From positions 1 through 40,408 of the forward strand of contig JAISVO010000041.1 of NCBI GenBank assembly GCA_031271525.1: 40,408 nucleotides of DNA, given 5' to 3'. The DNA comes from Oscillospiraceae bacterium (GTDB lineage: Bacteria > Bacillota > Clostridia > Oscillospirales > UBA929). Positions 1-8,849 of this stretch are shown piece after piece. The first letter of the stretch is position 1. Each line of letters begins with the position of its first letter. The notes below the pieces were generated by a model. The model was not told where the DNA came from, made no database searches, and saw only the letters and a list, made by a program, of their open reading frames with translations. The translations under genes and the position numbers were made by a program.

Positions 1-506
1 TCCCGGTCCGGAAGCTTTCCGGCGCTCCTCGCCGCGAAGGCTTTCGCCTCCGCCGTGAAGGGGCTGTCCCCCTCTGTCTTGCGGTAGGAGGCCAAAACGT
101 TGTCGATCTCGCGGCAGCTCGCGGCGATCCGCCCGATAAGGGCGGCTTTCAACAGGGGGACAAAGAGCCAGTATTCACGCTCGGAGAAAGCGCGTTCCTT
201 GAGGAACGCGCCCAACCCTTCTTCCGTCACCTCGCCGTTGGTCTGTTCTAAAAACCGCTCCGCGTACAAAAGGGCCGCGGGGCCTTTCTCCCCGGCGGGC
301 AACCGCTTCGCGCCCCGGATCAACCGCTCGGCATCTTTCCCCTCCCGGCGGCATAGATAGCGGTTGTCCAGCAGCCATTCCATCTCCCCCGGCAAGAGAC
401 GGCTCCCGCCGTTCCACTCGGCGGCCCTCGCCGCCGTCCGCTCGATGGCGCGCAGCTCTTTGCGAAGCGTCCTCGCCGCCGGTCCGCCCGATACGAAACG
501 ATCCAT
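1..506 (-). CDS. Window-truncated CDS (N-terminal 168 codons of a larger protein); N-terminus reminiscent of GH94/cyclic beta-1,2-glucan synthase-like proteins
   Basis: This frame is absent from the ORF track because it runs off the left edge. ATG at 506 (minus) is preceded by GGAGGG and the frame is open to position 1. My translation: MDRFVSGGPAARTLRKELRAIERTAARAAEWNGGSRLLPGEMEWLLDNRYLCRREGKDAERLIRGAKRLPAGEKGPAALLYAERFLEQTNGEV... The listed ORFs 100-360(+), 175-555(-) and 320-838(-) are Arg/Gly/Pro-rich shadow frames. The product guess rests only on the EWLLDNxYL...LP...G motif. Confidence 0.6.
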   Translation of the reverse strand, partial: MDRFVSGGPAARTLRKELRAIERTAARAAEWNGGSRLLPGEMEWLLDNRYLCRREGKDAERLIRGAKRLPAGEKGPAALLYAERFLEQTNGEVTEEGLGAFLKERAFSEREYWLFVPLLKAALIGRIAASCREIDNVLASYRKTEGDSPFTAEAKAFAARSAGKLPDR

Positions 507-600
507 AAACCCTCCGGACTTTTTTGCCTAGTATGTCCGGGGGTACCAAGTTCATGTATATCCCCTGATTTATGGTTACCGGGGTTTGATCCCGTTCTTC

Positions 601-1389
601 CTACGCCGGGCGGACCGGGATGTCCGCCGCGCTCAGCTCCGCTTTGATCTCGGGGATGGAAAAGTTTCTCGGAAGCCTCGGCGAATACAGCATTGAGCTG
701 ATGATCGCGGCCGACGCGCCCGTCTCGGTGAAGACGTCCGCGATGTGACGGGGGAGGCCCGCGCCGCCCGAGGCGATGACCGGGATCCGCACGGCGTCGG
801 TAACCGCCCGTGTAATGGCGAGGTCGTACCCCTCGCACCCGCCGTCGTTATCAATGCTGTTGACGCAGATTTCGCCGGCGCCCAGCGATTCGCCCCGCTT
901 GGCCCACTCGACGGCGTCCATCCCGGTGTAGGTGCGCGCGCCGTCGATCGCGATTTCATAGCCGCTGGGGATCCCCCGGCTCACATCCACCCGCTTGACC
1001 TGCATACTCAATACGACGCACTGACGCCCGAAGGCGTTCGCGCCTTCGGTGATGATTTGCGGGTTCCGCACCGCCATCGAATCGATGCTGATCTTCTCGG
1101 CCCCGGCGTTCAGGACATCGTACATATCCGAAAGGGTACGGATGCCGCCGCCGACGGTGAACGGCACGAAGACGCGCTCCGCTACCGCCCGGACCGACGC
1201 GAGGTCGGTTTTTCTGCGTTCCGCGGACGCCATGATGTCGTAAAAGACTATCTCATCCACCCCGGCGGCGTACATCCGCCCCGCAAGCTCCCCGGCGGGC
1301 GCGACATCAATGTTGTCCTGAAACCGCACGGCCTTTGTCACCATGCCGTTTTTTATGTCAAAACAGGCGATCAGTCTTTTTGTCAGCAT
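601..1389 (-). CDS. hisF: Imidazole glycerol phosphate synthase cyclase subunit HisF
   Basis: Translation [23 protein letters not shown]...[12 protein letters not shown]...[11 protein letters not shown]...[10 protein letters not shown] matches the HisF (beta/alpha)8 signature. I moved the start to ATG 1389 (MLTKR), preceded by GGAGG, rather than the ORF-track 1413. Confidence 0.9.
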   Translation of the reverse strand: MLTKRLIACFDIKNGMVTKAVRFQDNIDVAPAGELAGRMYAAGVDEIVFYDIMASAERRKTDLASVRAVAERVFVPFTVGGGIRTLSDMYDVLNAGAEKISIDSMAVRNPQIITEGANAFGRQCVVLSMQVKRVDVSRGIPSGYEIAIDGARTYTGMDAVEWAKRGESLGAGEICVNSIDNDGGCEGYDLAITRAVTDAVRIPVIASGGAGLPRHIADVFTETGASAAIISSMLYSPRLPRNFSIPEIKAELSAADIPVRPA

Positions 1390-1455
1390 CTTTTCCCTGC
1401 CTCCGGCGGCCAAAGAACTTTTTTACCAAAAGGTCCTTTTGGCTCTCCAAAAATT

Positions 1456-2046
1456 TTATATGAGGGTACAGAACCTTTTCAGCATCGCTAAACCGGCTTC
1501 GCCGCTCTTCTCGACGTGGAACTGCGCGCCGTAGACCTTCCCGCGCGAGGCCATCGCGCAGAAAGGACCGTTGTAATCGGCGCGGCCCAGCAAGAGATCC
1601 GGGTCGTCCGGAACGGCGAAGAACGAGTTGACAAAGTAAAAATAGCCGCCGTCGTTGACCAACGGGTCGGCGCGGACGAAATCGACCTTGTTCCAGCCCA
1701 TTTGGGGCACCCGCACAGCGCTGTCGTCAAACCGGCGCACCCGGCCCGGGAAGATGCCGAGGCACCCGACGTCCCCGCCCTCCTCCGAGCGGTCGAACAG
1801 TACCTGCAAGCCGACACAGATGCCGAGGAAGGGCTTCCCTCCCCCGATAGAGTCCCGGATGAACGAATCCAAGCCCAGCTCGCGCAGTGAATCCATCGTC
1901 GCGAGCGCCGAACCGACCCCCGGCAGGATTAGCCGGTCCACGGCGATTCCCGGTCCGGTGACAAGCACCGCCTCCTCGCCGATATGCCGGAGCGCGTTCA
2001 ATACGCTCGGCGCGTTCCCCGCTTTATAGTGCAGCACTCCCGTCAT
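1456..2046 (-). CDS. hisH: Imidazole glycerol phosphate synthase glutamine amidotransferase subunit HisH
   Basis: Class-I GATase signature: GNAPSVLNAL, LILPGVG, GKPFLGICVGLQVL (catalytic Cys), GAQFHVEKS. The ATG overlaps the mutS2 stop (ATGA at 2043-2046). Confidence 0.9.
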   Translation of the reverse strand: MTGVLHYKAGNAPSVLNALRHIGEEAVLVTGPGIAVDRLILPGVGSALATMDSLRELGLDSFIRDSIGGGKPFLGICVGLQVLFDRSEEGGDVGCLGIFPGRVRRFDDSAVRVPQMGWNKVDFVRADPLVNDGGYFYFVNSFFAVPDDPDLLLGRADYNGPFCAMASRGKVYGAQFHVEKSGEAGLAMLKRFCTLI

Positions 2047-4394
2047 AATGTCACCACCGTCACGCCGGTTTCCCCTTCCCCGTATTTGCCCAGCCGAAAC
2101 CCCTTGACCGATTTGTTCTTCCGCAGCGCCGCGTGAACGGCGGTCCGCATCGCGCCGGTGCCTTTCCCGTGGATGACGGTGACGGTGGAGAGCTTCCGCA
2201 TCACCGCGTTGTCGATGAACTGTTCCATCATCAGGACGCCGTCGTCGGTGAGCTGACCGCGCAGGTCCAGCTCGATCGCCGCCGGTTCGGGCGTTTGGGA
2301 GACGGATACGCCGCCGCCTGCCTTGGGCTTTTTCTTTTTCTCATCCAGCGGCTTGATGCCGTCCAGCGGGACGGTGACTTTCATAATCCCCGCTTGGAGG
2401 GGGATCAGCCCGTTCCTGTCGGCTCCCGCCAGTACGGTCGCCTTTGTTCCGGTCGAGATTAAGATCACTTCGGTCCCCGGCGGGGGCGGCGCGCCGAAAA
2501 GGACTTCCGGTTCGGGCGGCGCCGGTAAACCGCCGCCCAGAGCATCCTCCGCTTCCCGGAGCCGCTGGCGGAGCTTTGGCAGCTCTTCTTGGGCTTGGGT
2601 TTGCTTGATCCGGGTCAGTTCGCGGGAGACGCCGTCCGCCGCCGCGCGGGCTTCGTCCAAGATGCGGCGGGCTTCGGAGCGGGCTTTCTCCGCCGCTTTT
2701 TCATACTCCCGCTCGATCCGGCGGCGAAGCTCCTCCGCCCGGCTGCGATCCGCCTCGCTGTCGATCTTCGCCCTCTCGGCGGAAGCGCGGTCGTTTTCCA
2801 TTTCGATCCGCTGACGCTCCAACTGCGCCAAAACATCCTCCAGCGCGGCGTCCCGGATGCCGACCCGCTCTTTCGCGGCCTCGATAACGCTTTCCGAAAG
2901 TCCCAGCCGGCTAGAGATGGCGAAGGCGTTGCTCCGCCCGGGGATCCCGATCAGAAGCCGATACGTCGGACGGAGGGTTTCCACATCGAACTCGCAGCAG
3001 GCGTTGGCGACACCCTCGGTTGTCATGGCGTAGGTTTTTAACTCGGCGTAGTGGGTCGTCGCGGCCACCCGGCAGCCGTGCCTCCGCGCTTCCTCGATGA
3101 TCGCGACGGCGAGTGCCGCGCCTTCCACCGGGTCGGTGCCGGCCCCCAGCTCGTCAAAAAGGATCAGGCTCCCCGGTTCCGCCTCCTTCAGGATCGCGAC
3201 GATATTCGTCATGTGGGAGGAGAAGGTGGAGAGGCTTTGGGCGATGGACTGCTCGTCGCCGATGTCGGCGTAGACCTTTCCGGTTACGGCAACCTCCGAA
3301 CCGTCCCCCGCCGGTATCTGCAGGCCGCAGGCCGCCATCAGGGTCAGGAGCCCCAGCGTTTTGAGGGTGACCGTCTTGCCGCCGGTGTTGGGCCCGGTGA
3401 CGACCAGAGTGTCGAACCCCTTGCCGAGCCAGACAGAGATGGGGACCGCCGTATGTTTATCCAGCAGGGGGTGCCGCGCCTTGAGGAGGCTTGTGACCCC
3501 CCTATCGTTTAAGACGGGGGCGGACGCGTTCTGCTCGGACGCGAGGCGTCCCCGGGCGAAGACCGCGTCGAGAGCGACCAAGGCGTCGTAATCCTCCAAA
3601 ATTACGTCCCGGCTTCCGTCGCAGTCCGCCGACAGCTCGGCCAAGAGCCGCTCGATCTCCTTCTTCTCCTTCGCTTCCCACTCCCGGAGATCGTTATCCG
3701 CCTGCACCGCCGCCATCGGCTCGATGAACAGCGTCGCGCCGGATGAGGAGACATCGTGCAGAAGGCCCGGGACATCGCCCCTGTGCTCCGCTTTGACCGG
3801 GATGACATACCGTCCGGCCCGCTGGGTGATCAGCGCGTCCTGCAGGTACTTCCCGTGGGTCGCGATCATCCGGTTCAGGATGTCCTTGATCTTCCCCGCA
3901 GCAGCCCGCATGTGCCGCCGGATTGATGCCAGCTCGGGCGTCGCGTGGTCCGCGATTTCCTCCTCGCTTAGGATACAGCCGGTGATCCGGTCCTCCAGCT
4001 GTTTGTCGCCGGTCAGCCGGGCGAACAGCGTGTCGATCGCGGTGGCGGCTCCCCGCGCCCCCGAGGAGTGGTATGCCCGGGCGGTGCGGGCGGCCCGGAG
4101 CACCGAGGCGATGTCCAGCAGCTCACGGGTGTTCAGCACCCCGCCCATTTGGGTCCGTTGCAGGGCCGGCGCCACCGGCCTGATCCCGGACAGGGCCGGC
4201 GCTCCCCTCGTCTCCAGCATCGCCCGCGCGGCCCCCGTTTGCAGCAGGCGCTCCGTCGCCTCACGCAGGGTGAGCGCCGGACGCAGGGCGAGGCAGCGCT
4301 CCTTCGCTTCGTCCGATACGGCAAAGGAAGCGAGAGTTTCCAGCACTTTCGGAAGCTCCAAGGTGACGATAGATTTATCGGTCAATTCAGTCAT
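2043..4394 (-). CDS. mutS2: Endonuclease MutS2 (MutS ATPase domain plus C-terminal Smr)
   Basis: 783 aa. Walker A is VVTGPNTGGKTVTLKT, followed by the SLILFDELGAGTDP motif, a Lys/Glu-rich coiled coil, and a C-terminal Smr (LDLRGQ...VIHGKGTGAMR). GGAGAGGA SD before ATG 4394. Confidence 0.95.
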   Translation of the reverse strand: MTELTDKSIVTLELPKVLETLASFAVSDEAKERCLALRPALTLREATERLLQTGAARAMLETRGAPALSGIRPVAPALQRTQMGGVLNTRELLDIASVLRAARTARAYHSSGARGAATAIDTLFARLTGDKQLEDRITGCILSEEEIADHATPELASIRRHMRAAAGKIKDILNRMIATHGKYLQDALITQRAGRYVIPVKAEHRGDVPGLLHDVSSSGATLFIEPMAAVQADNDLREWEAKEKKEIERLLAELSADCDGSRDVILEDYDALVALDAVFARGRLASEQNASAPVLNDRGVTSLLKARHPLLDKHTAVPISVWLGKGFDTLVVTGPNTGGKTVTLKTLGLLTLMAACGLQIPAGDGSEVAVTGKVYADIGDEQSIAQSLSTFSSHMTNIVAILKEAEPGSLILFDELGAGTDPVEGAALAVAIIEEARRHGCRVAATTHYAELKTYAMTTEGVANACCEFDVETLRPTYRLLIGIPGRSNAFAISSRLGLSESVIEAAKERVGIRDAALEDVLAQLERQRIEMENDRASAERAKIDSEADRSRAEELRRRIEREYEKAAEKARSEARRILDEARAAADGVSRELTRIKQTQAQEELPKLRQRLREAEDALGGGLPAPPEPEVLFGAPPPPGTEVILISTGTKATVLAGADRNGLIPLQAGIMKVTVPLDGIKPLDEKKKKPKAGGGVSVSQTPEPAAIELDLRGQLTDDGVLMMEQFIDNAVMRKLSTVTVIHGKGTGAMRTAVHAALRKNKSVKGFRLGKYGEGETGVTVVTL

Positions 4395-4450
4395 GGTATC
4401 CTCTCCGCGTCAGTCGTGGGTTCCCCTTCCCGGGCGAACGCAATTCGCCT

Positions 4451-5191
4451 CTACAGAAGCCCACGGTAAAAATCCAGCGCCGCCGGAACACGATCGGTCT
4501 GCGCCAGCGTCAGGAATTCGCACAGGGCCGCGAGCTTCGCCAACGCTTTGTCGCTTGCTGTAAAGGAGAAAACTTTCTCCGCCGGCGCCGTGCGGATGTG
4601 CCGCAGGGCAAGGCGGCAATCGGTGTCGTAGGGCAGCATCGCGTCGATGTCCTCCCCCCTCTGCCGGGCACAGAAGGGGCAGAGCGCCCGGCCGCCCAAA
4701 GCCGGCAGGAGCATCGTCGGCGCTTCGTCGCCGCACCGGGAACAGGCGTCGGTCTCGGGACCGAACCCCGCGCAGAAGAGCGCCCGCATCTCAAACGCCG
4801 CCTTGATCAGCTTGTGCGGGCGTCTGTCCGCGTTCAGGTTCGCGAGGGCGATCAAGGTCAGACGGAACAGCTCCCCCTCCGGCGCGAGGGTTTGGGCCAG
4901 CTCGATGAGGTAAGACGCCAGAGCCATCGACAGAAGGCTGCCCCGCATCGCCGAAAACCCCTCCAGAATCTCGGCCTCCTTCAGGGTGAACCGATCCCGG
5001 TATTCGCTCAGTACCATCCGGGAGTAACAGAGCACCTGCGAAGCGGCCGCGTGGGGGGAACCCCGCCGCCGGGCGCCCCGCGCCGTGACGGTTAGCGTCC
5101 CCTCCTGCTCGGTGATTACCGAGAGGATTAAATCAGCCTCTTTATACTCAACGGCACGGACAACCAGACCGTTGACCGCCAGATGACTCAT
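4451..5191 (-). CDS. recO: DNA repair protein RecO
   Basis: 246 aa. N-terminal OB fold (GLVVRAVEYKEADLILSVIT) and a Cys-rich Zn module (CSRCG...CPFC). It sits in the conserved position downstream of era. Confidence 0.9.
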   Translation of the reverse strand: MSHLAVNGLVVRAVEYKEADLILSVITEQEGTLTVTARGARRRGSPHAAASQVLCYSRMVLSEYRDRFTLKEAEILEGFSAMRGSLLSMALASYLIELAQTLAPEGELFRLTLIALANLNADRRPHKLIKAAFEMRALFCAGFGPETDACSRCGDEAPTMLLPALGGRALCPFCARQRGEDIDAMLPYDTDCRLALRHIRTAPAEKVFSFTASDKALAKLAALCEFLTLAQTDRVPAALDFYRGLL

Positions 5192-5266
5192 GTCAAGCTC
5201 CCCCGCGCCCGCGGACGTTCGCCGAAGCCGCGCTTTGTCTGCCTGCGGGCCCGATCCGCTCGTCCT

Positions 5267-6154
5267 TTATTGGTACCCGAAATTGCGTAATTGCGCGTCG
5301 TTATCCCGCCAGCCGGCGCGGACGCGCACCCAGAGTTTGAGGAAAACCTGCCCGCCATACATCTCCTCCAGCTCGGCGCGGGCGAGTGAGCCGATCTTCT
5401 TCAGCATCGCGCCGTTCTTGCCGATGACGATCCCCTTGTGGCTCTCCTTCTCGCAGGTGACGACGGCTTCCACCGACACCAGACCGTCTTTCCGCTCGCT
5501 CAGCTTGTCCACCGTGACCGCCGCGCCGTGAGGAACCTCGTCGTTTAAGCAGAGAAGCAGCTTTTCCCGTACCACCTCGCTGATCAGCTCCCGGTCGGTT
5601 TGGTCGGCTGAGACATCCTCCGGATAGAGCGCCGGGGAGGGCGGCATCGCGGTGAGCAGCAGGTTTGTCAGCTCCTCCACCCCCTCCCCGCTCTTCGCCG
5701 ACAGGAGGAGGATCGCGTCAAACGACGCTGCCTTGCTATAGGCGTCGATCACCGGCAGGAGGGATTCCCGGGGGAGGGTATCGAGCTTGTTGATTGCAAG
5801 GTAGAATGGGACACGCCGTTTATGACTCTGGGTAATCAGCTCCCGTTCGATCTCCCCCACCGAGGGAACCGGCTCGACGACCAGTACGGCGGCGTCCACA
5901 CCGCCGAAGCTCTCCCGCACGCTTTTGACCATGAACTGGCCCAGTTTGGTGCGGGGGGTGTGGAAACCCGGGGTATCCAGCAGCACCATCTGCACGGGTT
6001 CCCGGTTATAAACGGCGCTCAGGCGGCGGCGGGTGGTCTGCGGTTTGGGGGAGACGATCGCGACCTTCTCGCCGCAGATTTTGTTGATCAAGGTTGACTT
6101 TCCGGCGTTCGGGCGGCCTACGACCGCCACGAGTCCGGCATGTGTGATGGTCAT
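5267..6154 (-). CDS. era: GTPase Era
   Basis: G1 motif GRPNAGKSTLIN, G3 DTPG, G4 NKLD, and a C-terminal KH domain (VTCEKESHKGIVIGKNGAMLK). I moved the start to ATG 6154 (MTITHAG...) with a GGAGA SD. The 53-codon N-terminal extension in ORF 5267-6313 overlaps the upstream gene and looks non-coding. Confidence 0.93.
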   Translation of the reverse strand: MTITHAGLVAVVGRPNAGKSTLINKICGEKVAIVSPKPQTTRRRLSAVYNREPVQMVLLDTPGFHTPRTKLGQFMVKSVRESFGGVDAAVLVVEPVPSVGEIERELITQSHKRRVPFYLAINKLDTLPRESLLPVIDAYSKAASFDAILLLSAKSGEGVEELTNLLLTAMPPSPALYPEDVSADQTDRELISEVVREKLLLCLNDEVPHGAAVTVDKLSERKDGLVSVEAVVTCEKESHKGIVIGKNGAMLKKIGSLARAELEEMYGGQVFLKLWVRVRAGWRDNDAQLRNFGYQ

Positions 6155-6218
6155 GTCGGTTGTTCTCCTTGTTGATATAGGATGCGGAGGGAGATACGCG
6201 GACGGTTGAGAACCGCCC

Positions 6219-7370
6219 CTACAAAGAACGGCCCGTCGTGATTTTTCCGCGCAGTTCTTGAACAGCCGCGGATTTTTGGCAGAATCTCGGGACGTTTTGC
6301 AAGATTCCCGCAACGGTGCGGAAAGGGTCGTCTTTGTCCAGCGGCAAGGTCACCGTGCGGTTCCCGGAGGCCGCTTTGTAGATACCCGCGATCAGCTCGA
6401 CGGTGCGCCGTCCGTCCTCCCCGCCGACCAACGGGGAACCGCCCCGCTCTATCGAGGTCAGCACGTCGCCGATCTGCCCGGTGTGCCCCTCATGCGCGAA
6501 GGGCGGCGGGGCGTCGAAAAACGCGGTCAGCTCCTCCTCCAACGGCGTATTGCGAACCGGGAACCCATTCGGCTGGGAGAGGGACGCCGCCACCCGCCAC
6601 GGTGCGGAAACCCGCGCTTTCTCCCCTTGGAAGATCACCTGCTGCTCCTCCCCGTGGTGGACAACCGAGCTTGTGACCTGCGCCAGCGCGCCGTTCGCGT
6701 ACCGCAGGACCGCCACCGACAGGTCCTCTACCTCCGAATTGTCATGGGACGTGTTTGCCATCATGGCGCAAACCGAGTCGGGCAGGCCCATCATCCAACC
6801 CAACATATCAATGTGGTGAACCGCATGGTTGAGGGTGGGACCGCCGCCCTCCTTCTCCCACAACCCCCGCCACCAGAGGTCGTAATAGCTGTGTCCGCGC
6901 CACCAATGCGAATCAATTTGCGCGTGGACGATTTTGCCGATCATCCCGCTGTCCAGCACCCGCTTGAGGTTCCACACCGAGGCGCGGAACCGGTTCTGCG
7001 CGACTACCGAGAAGACGACGGAGCCGCTCGCCGTCGCCGCCCGGTTCATGCCGTCGCACTCGGCGACAGACGCCGCCATCGGCTTCTCCACCAAAACATG
7101 CCGCCCGGCCTTTAAGCAATTGACCGCGATTTCGGCGTGGGTATACGGCGGGGTGCAGATGCTGACAAGGTCGATCTCCGCGCCGCTTAACAAAGCCTGA
7201 TGGGAGTCGAACACCGCCGCGTTCAGCCCGAAGCGGGCGTTCTTCTCACGGCATTTGTCCGGGACAATGTCGCAAAGCGCGGTGATTTCACACCTCTCCG
7301 GATACGCCAGATAGCCCTGTATGTGCATCGGTGAGATATTGCCCGTCCCGATGACCGCGACACGCAGCAT
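6219..7370 (-). CDS. Gfo/Idh/MocA family NAD(P)-dependent oxidoreductase
   Basis: N-terminal Rossmann motif MLRVAVIGTGNISPMH, then the EKP motif (VLVEKPMA) and a C-terminal alpha/beta domain. 383 aa. Confidence 0.85.
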   Translation of the reverse strand: MLRVAVIGTGNISPMHIQGYLAYPERCEITALCDIVPDKCREKNARFGLNAAVFDSHQALLSGAEIDLVSICTPPYTHAEIAVNCLKAGRHVLVEKPMAASVAECDGMNRAATASGSVVFSVVAQNRFRASVWNLKRVLDSGMIGKIVHAQIDSHWWRGHSYYDLWWRGLWEKEGGGPTLNHAVHHIDMLGWMMGLPDSVCAMMANTSHDNSEVEDLSVAVLRYANGALAQVTSSVVHHGEEQQVIFQGEKARVSAPWRVAASLSQPNGFPVRNTPLEEELTAFFDAPPPFAHEGHTGQIGDVLTSIERGGSPLVGGEDGRRTVELIAGIYKAASGNRTVTLPLDKDDPFRTVAGILQNVPRFCQKSAAVQELRGKITTGRSL

Positions 7371-7504
7371 GGCGGATAACCCCCGTATATGTTTTGTGGA
7401 GTAAGGCCGGGTATATCGATCACGATGGGATGTCCATAGATGCGCGGATAGTGTCCCCTTGTCTTGCGCGGTATAGCATCGGATTTACGATTTCCCGCAA
7501 ATAC

Positions 7505-7533
7505 AGTATATCCAATTTACCGGGGAAAGTCAA
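7505..7533 (-). promoter_or_regulatory. Sigma-A-type promoter for the oxidoreductase gene
   Basis: The minus strand reads TTGACT (7533-7528), a 17-nt spacer, then TATACT (7510-7505). This leaves a leader of about 128 nt before ATG 7370. Confidence 0.6.
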
Positions 7534-7547
7534 TCGGGGTACGAACT

Positions 7548-7578
7548 CCCCCGCAACGGCGAGAAGCCTTTGCGGGGG
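7548..7578 (-). terminator. GC-rich hairpin downstream of the small membrane protein gene (terminator-like, no U-tract)
   Basis: CCCCCGCAA (7548-7556) pairs with TTGCGGGGG (7570-7578) across a 13-nt loop. It lies 25 nt after the stop at 7603 on the minus strand. There is no T-run on either side. Confidence 0.4.
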
Positions 7579-7602
7579 GACGGATACGGTGCGGGCGGTC
7601 CG

Positions 7603-7914
7603 TCAGCGGAACAGCGCGATGATGTATGTTACCACCCAAAAAACGCCGAAGAAGGCTAGAAGGGAGGGAATGGTCTTACGTTTTTTCGCGGCGCTTTCGT
7701 CTTTGTCCGGTTCCCCGTCATCCGCGGCGCGCACCGGGAACTTCGCGTTGTAAATTGCCGAGACAGAACAAAAAAGCATGACAAAGATAGGACCGATGTC
7801 CGCGATCGCTTCGCTGAGAAGGCCCGCTATGTACAACACATTCGTCACGCCGGACAGGGCGAACATGCAAATCTGTACAGAGGCGAGCTTTCGATTATGC
7901 GGCGAGGTTAGCAT
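7603..7914 (-). CDS. Small hypothetical membrane protein (about 3 TM segments)
   Basis: Start placed at ATG 7914 (MLTSPHNRKLASVQICMFALSGV...) with a GGAAGGA SD. It has hydrophobic segments plus an acidic/Lys-rich loop (DDGEPDKDESAAKKRK). I recognise no family. Confidence 0.45.
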   Translation of the reverse strand: MLTSPHNRKLASVQICMFALSGVTNVLYIAGLLSEAIADIGPIFVMLFCSVSAIYNAKFPVRAADDGEPDKDESAAKKRKTIPSLLAFFGVFWVVTYIIALFR

Positions 7915-7968
7915 AGTTATCCTTCCTTTCGCGGGCGCTTTCTCCCCGGCGTGCCGGGCCGTCACGCC

Positions 7969-8397
7969 CTACCGTTTAATGCTTACCGTGAACCAAATCC
8001 AAAACGGCGCGCCGGCGGCGCCCGCCCAGAGAGCGGGACTGCCGAGCCATCCGGGCGGCACCGGACGGCCCCAGAAGACCGCGAACGCCACACAGACGGC
8101 GGCAACGGCGCACGCCAGCACTCCTCCGGCCGCGATGTCCTTCACCGCGCCGACCGCCGGCGACGGGTCGGGCTTCATCGCGTCGCAGAGCCGCTCCAAA
8201 GCGCTGTTCAGCGCCTCCGCGCCGATCACCGCGCCGCAGGTAACAAAGAGCGCCGCCCACGCGGAAGGGTCCTTCACACCGAAGAAGAAACCGGCCAGAA
8301 CGACATAATACACCGCCGCGAGGTGGAGGCGCATATTCCTCTCTTCCCGGACAACCCTGACAAGCCCCCGCAGGGCACAGCGAAAACTCCGGATCAT
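7969..8397 (-). CDS. dgkA: Diacylglycerol/undecaprenol kinase family protein
   Basis: MIRSFRCALRGLVRVVREERNMRLHL...GAEALNSALERLCD...KDIAAGGVL fits the DgkA signature. ATG 8397 overlaps the ybeY stop (ATGA). It sits in the conserved ybeY-dgkA position. Confidence 0.8.
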   Translation of the reverse strand: MIRSFRCALRGLVRVVREERNMRLHLAAVYYVVLAGFFFGVKDPSAWAALFVTCGAVIGAEALNSALERLCDAMKPDPSPAVGAVKDIAAGGVLACAVAAVCVAFAVFWGRPVPPGWLGSPALWAGAAGAPFWIWFTVSIKR

Positions 8398-8849
8398 CGG
8401 GTCAACTCCAGCCGCGCCATCACGGCTTCCTCCTTGCGGCGCATCACGGCGCGCTCCCATTCCCCCTCGTGGTCGAACCCCAGCAGGTGCAGGGCGCCGT
8501 GCGCCGCCAAATACGCAAGCTCCCGCTCCGCCGAGTGTCCGTAAGCGAGCGCCTGCGCGGCGGCGCGATCCTCCGCGATCAGGATATCCCCCAAGAAGAC
8601 ACGACCGGTATCCGGGTCGGGAAGGGGTATCTCATCGGGACCCCACGCCGGGAAGGAGAGGACATCGGTGATCTTGTCGATCCCCCGGCGGAGCCGGTTG
8701 ACCGCCAGAAGCTCCCCGTCGGGCATCAAAAAAACATCGACAAGACAGCAAAAATCCAGCCGCTCATTTTTTACGGCGATCCGGACCGCGCGGCGGAGAA
8801 GGGTCGCGATCTCTTCGTCGGCGCGTACCCGCGCGCGGCAGCGGGTCAC
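8394..8849 (-). CDS. ybeY: rRNA maturation endoribonuclease YbeY
   Basis: Zn-binding motif HGALHLLGFDHE and TDVLSFP. GTG start overlaps the phoH stop (GTGA). Confidence 0.9.
   Translation of the reverse strand: MTRCRARVRADEEIATLLRRAVRIAVKNERLDFCCLVDVFLMPDGELLAVNRLRRGIDKITDVLSFPAWGPDEIPLPDPDTGRVFLGDILIAEDRAAAQALAYGHSAERELAYLAAHGALHLLGFDHEGEWERAVMRRKEEAVMARLELTR

Noticed and set aside
100-838. ORFs 100-360(+), 175-555(-) and 320-838(-) at the left end
   Set aside because: All three are Arg/Gly/Pro-rich. The third minus frame (1-506) is open to the window edge, has an SD plus ATG, and gives a protein-like translation. 320-838 also runs across the hisF stop.
6155-6313. N-terminal extension of the Era ORF (53 codons), and the analogous extensions of the PHP (29670-30077) and S12 (21644-21958) ORFs
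   Set aside because: The extensions overlap upstream genes or a tRNA, lack homology-like sequence, and an internal start with an SD reproduces the canonical N-terminus in each case.
7371-7500. Riboswitch in the oxidoreductase leader
   Set aside because: I could not match the sequence to any riboswitch class I know (no conserved cores such as TPP, FMN, SAM, purine or cobalamin). Only the direct repeats are reported, as a finding.
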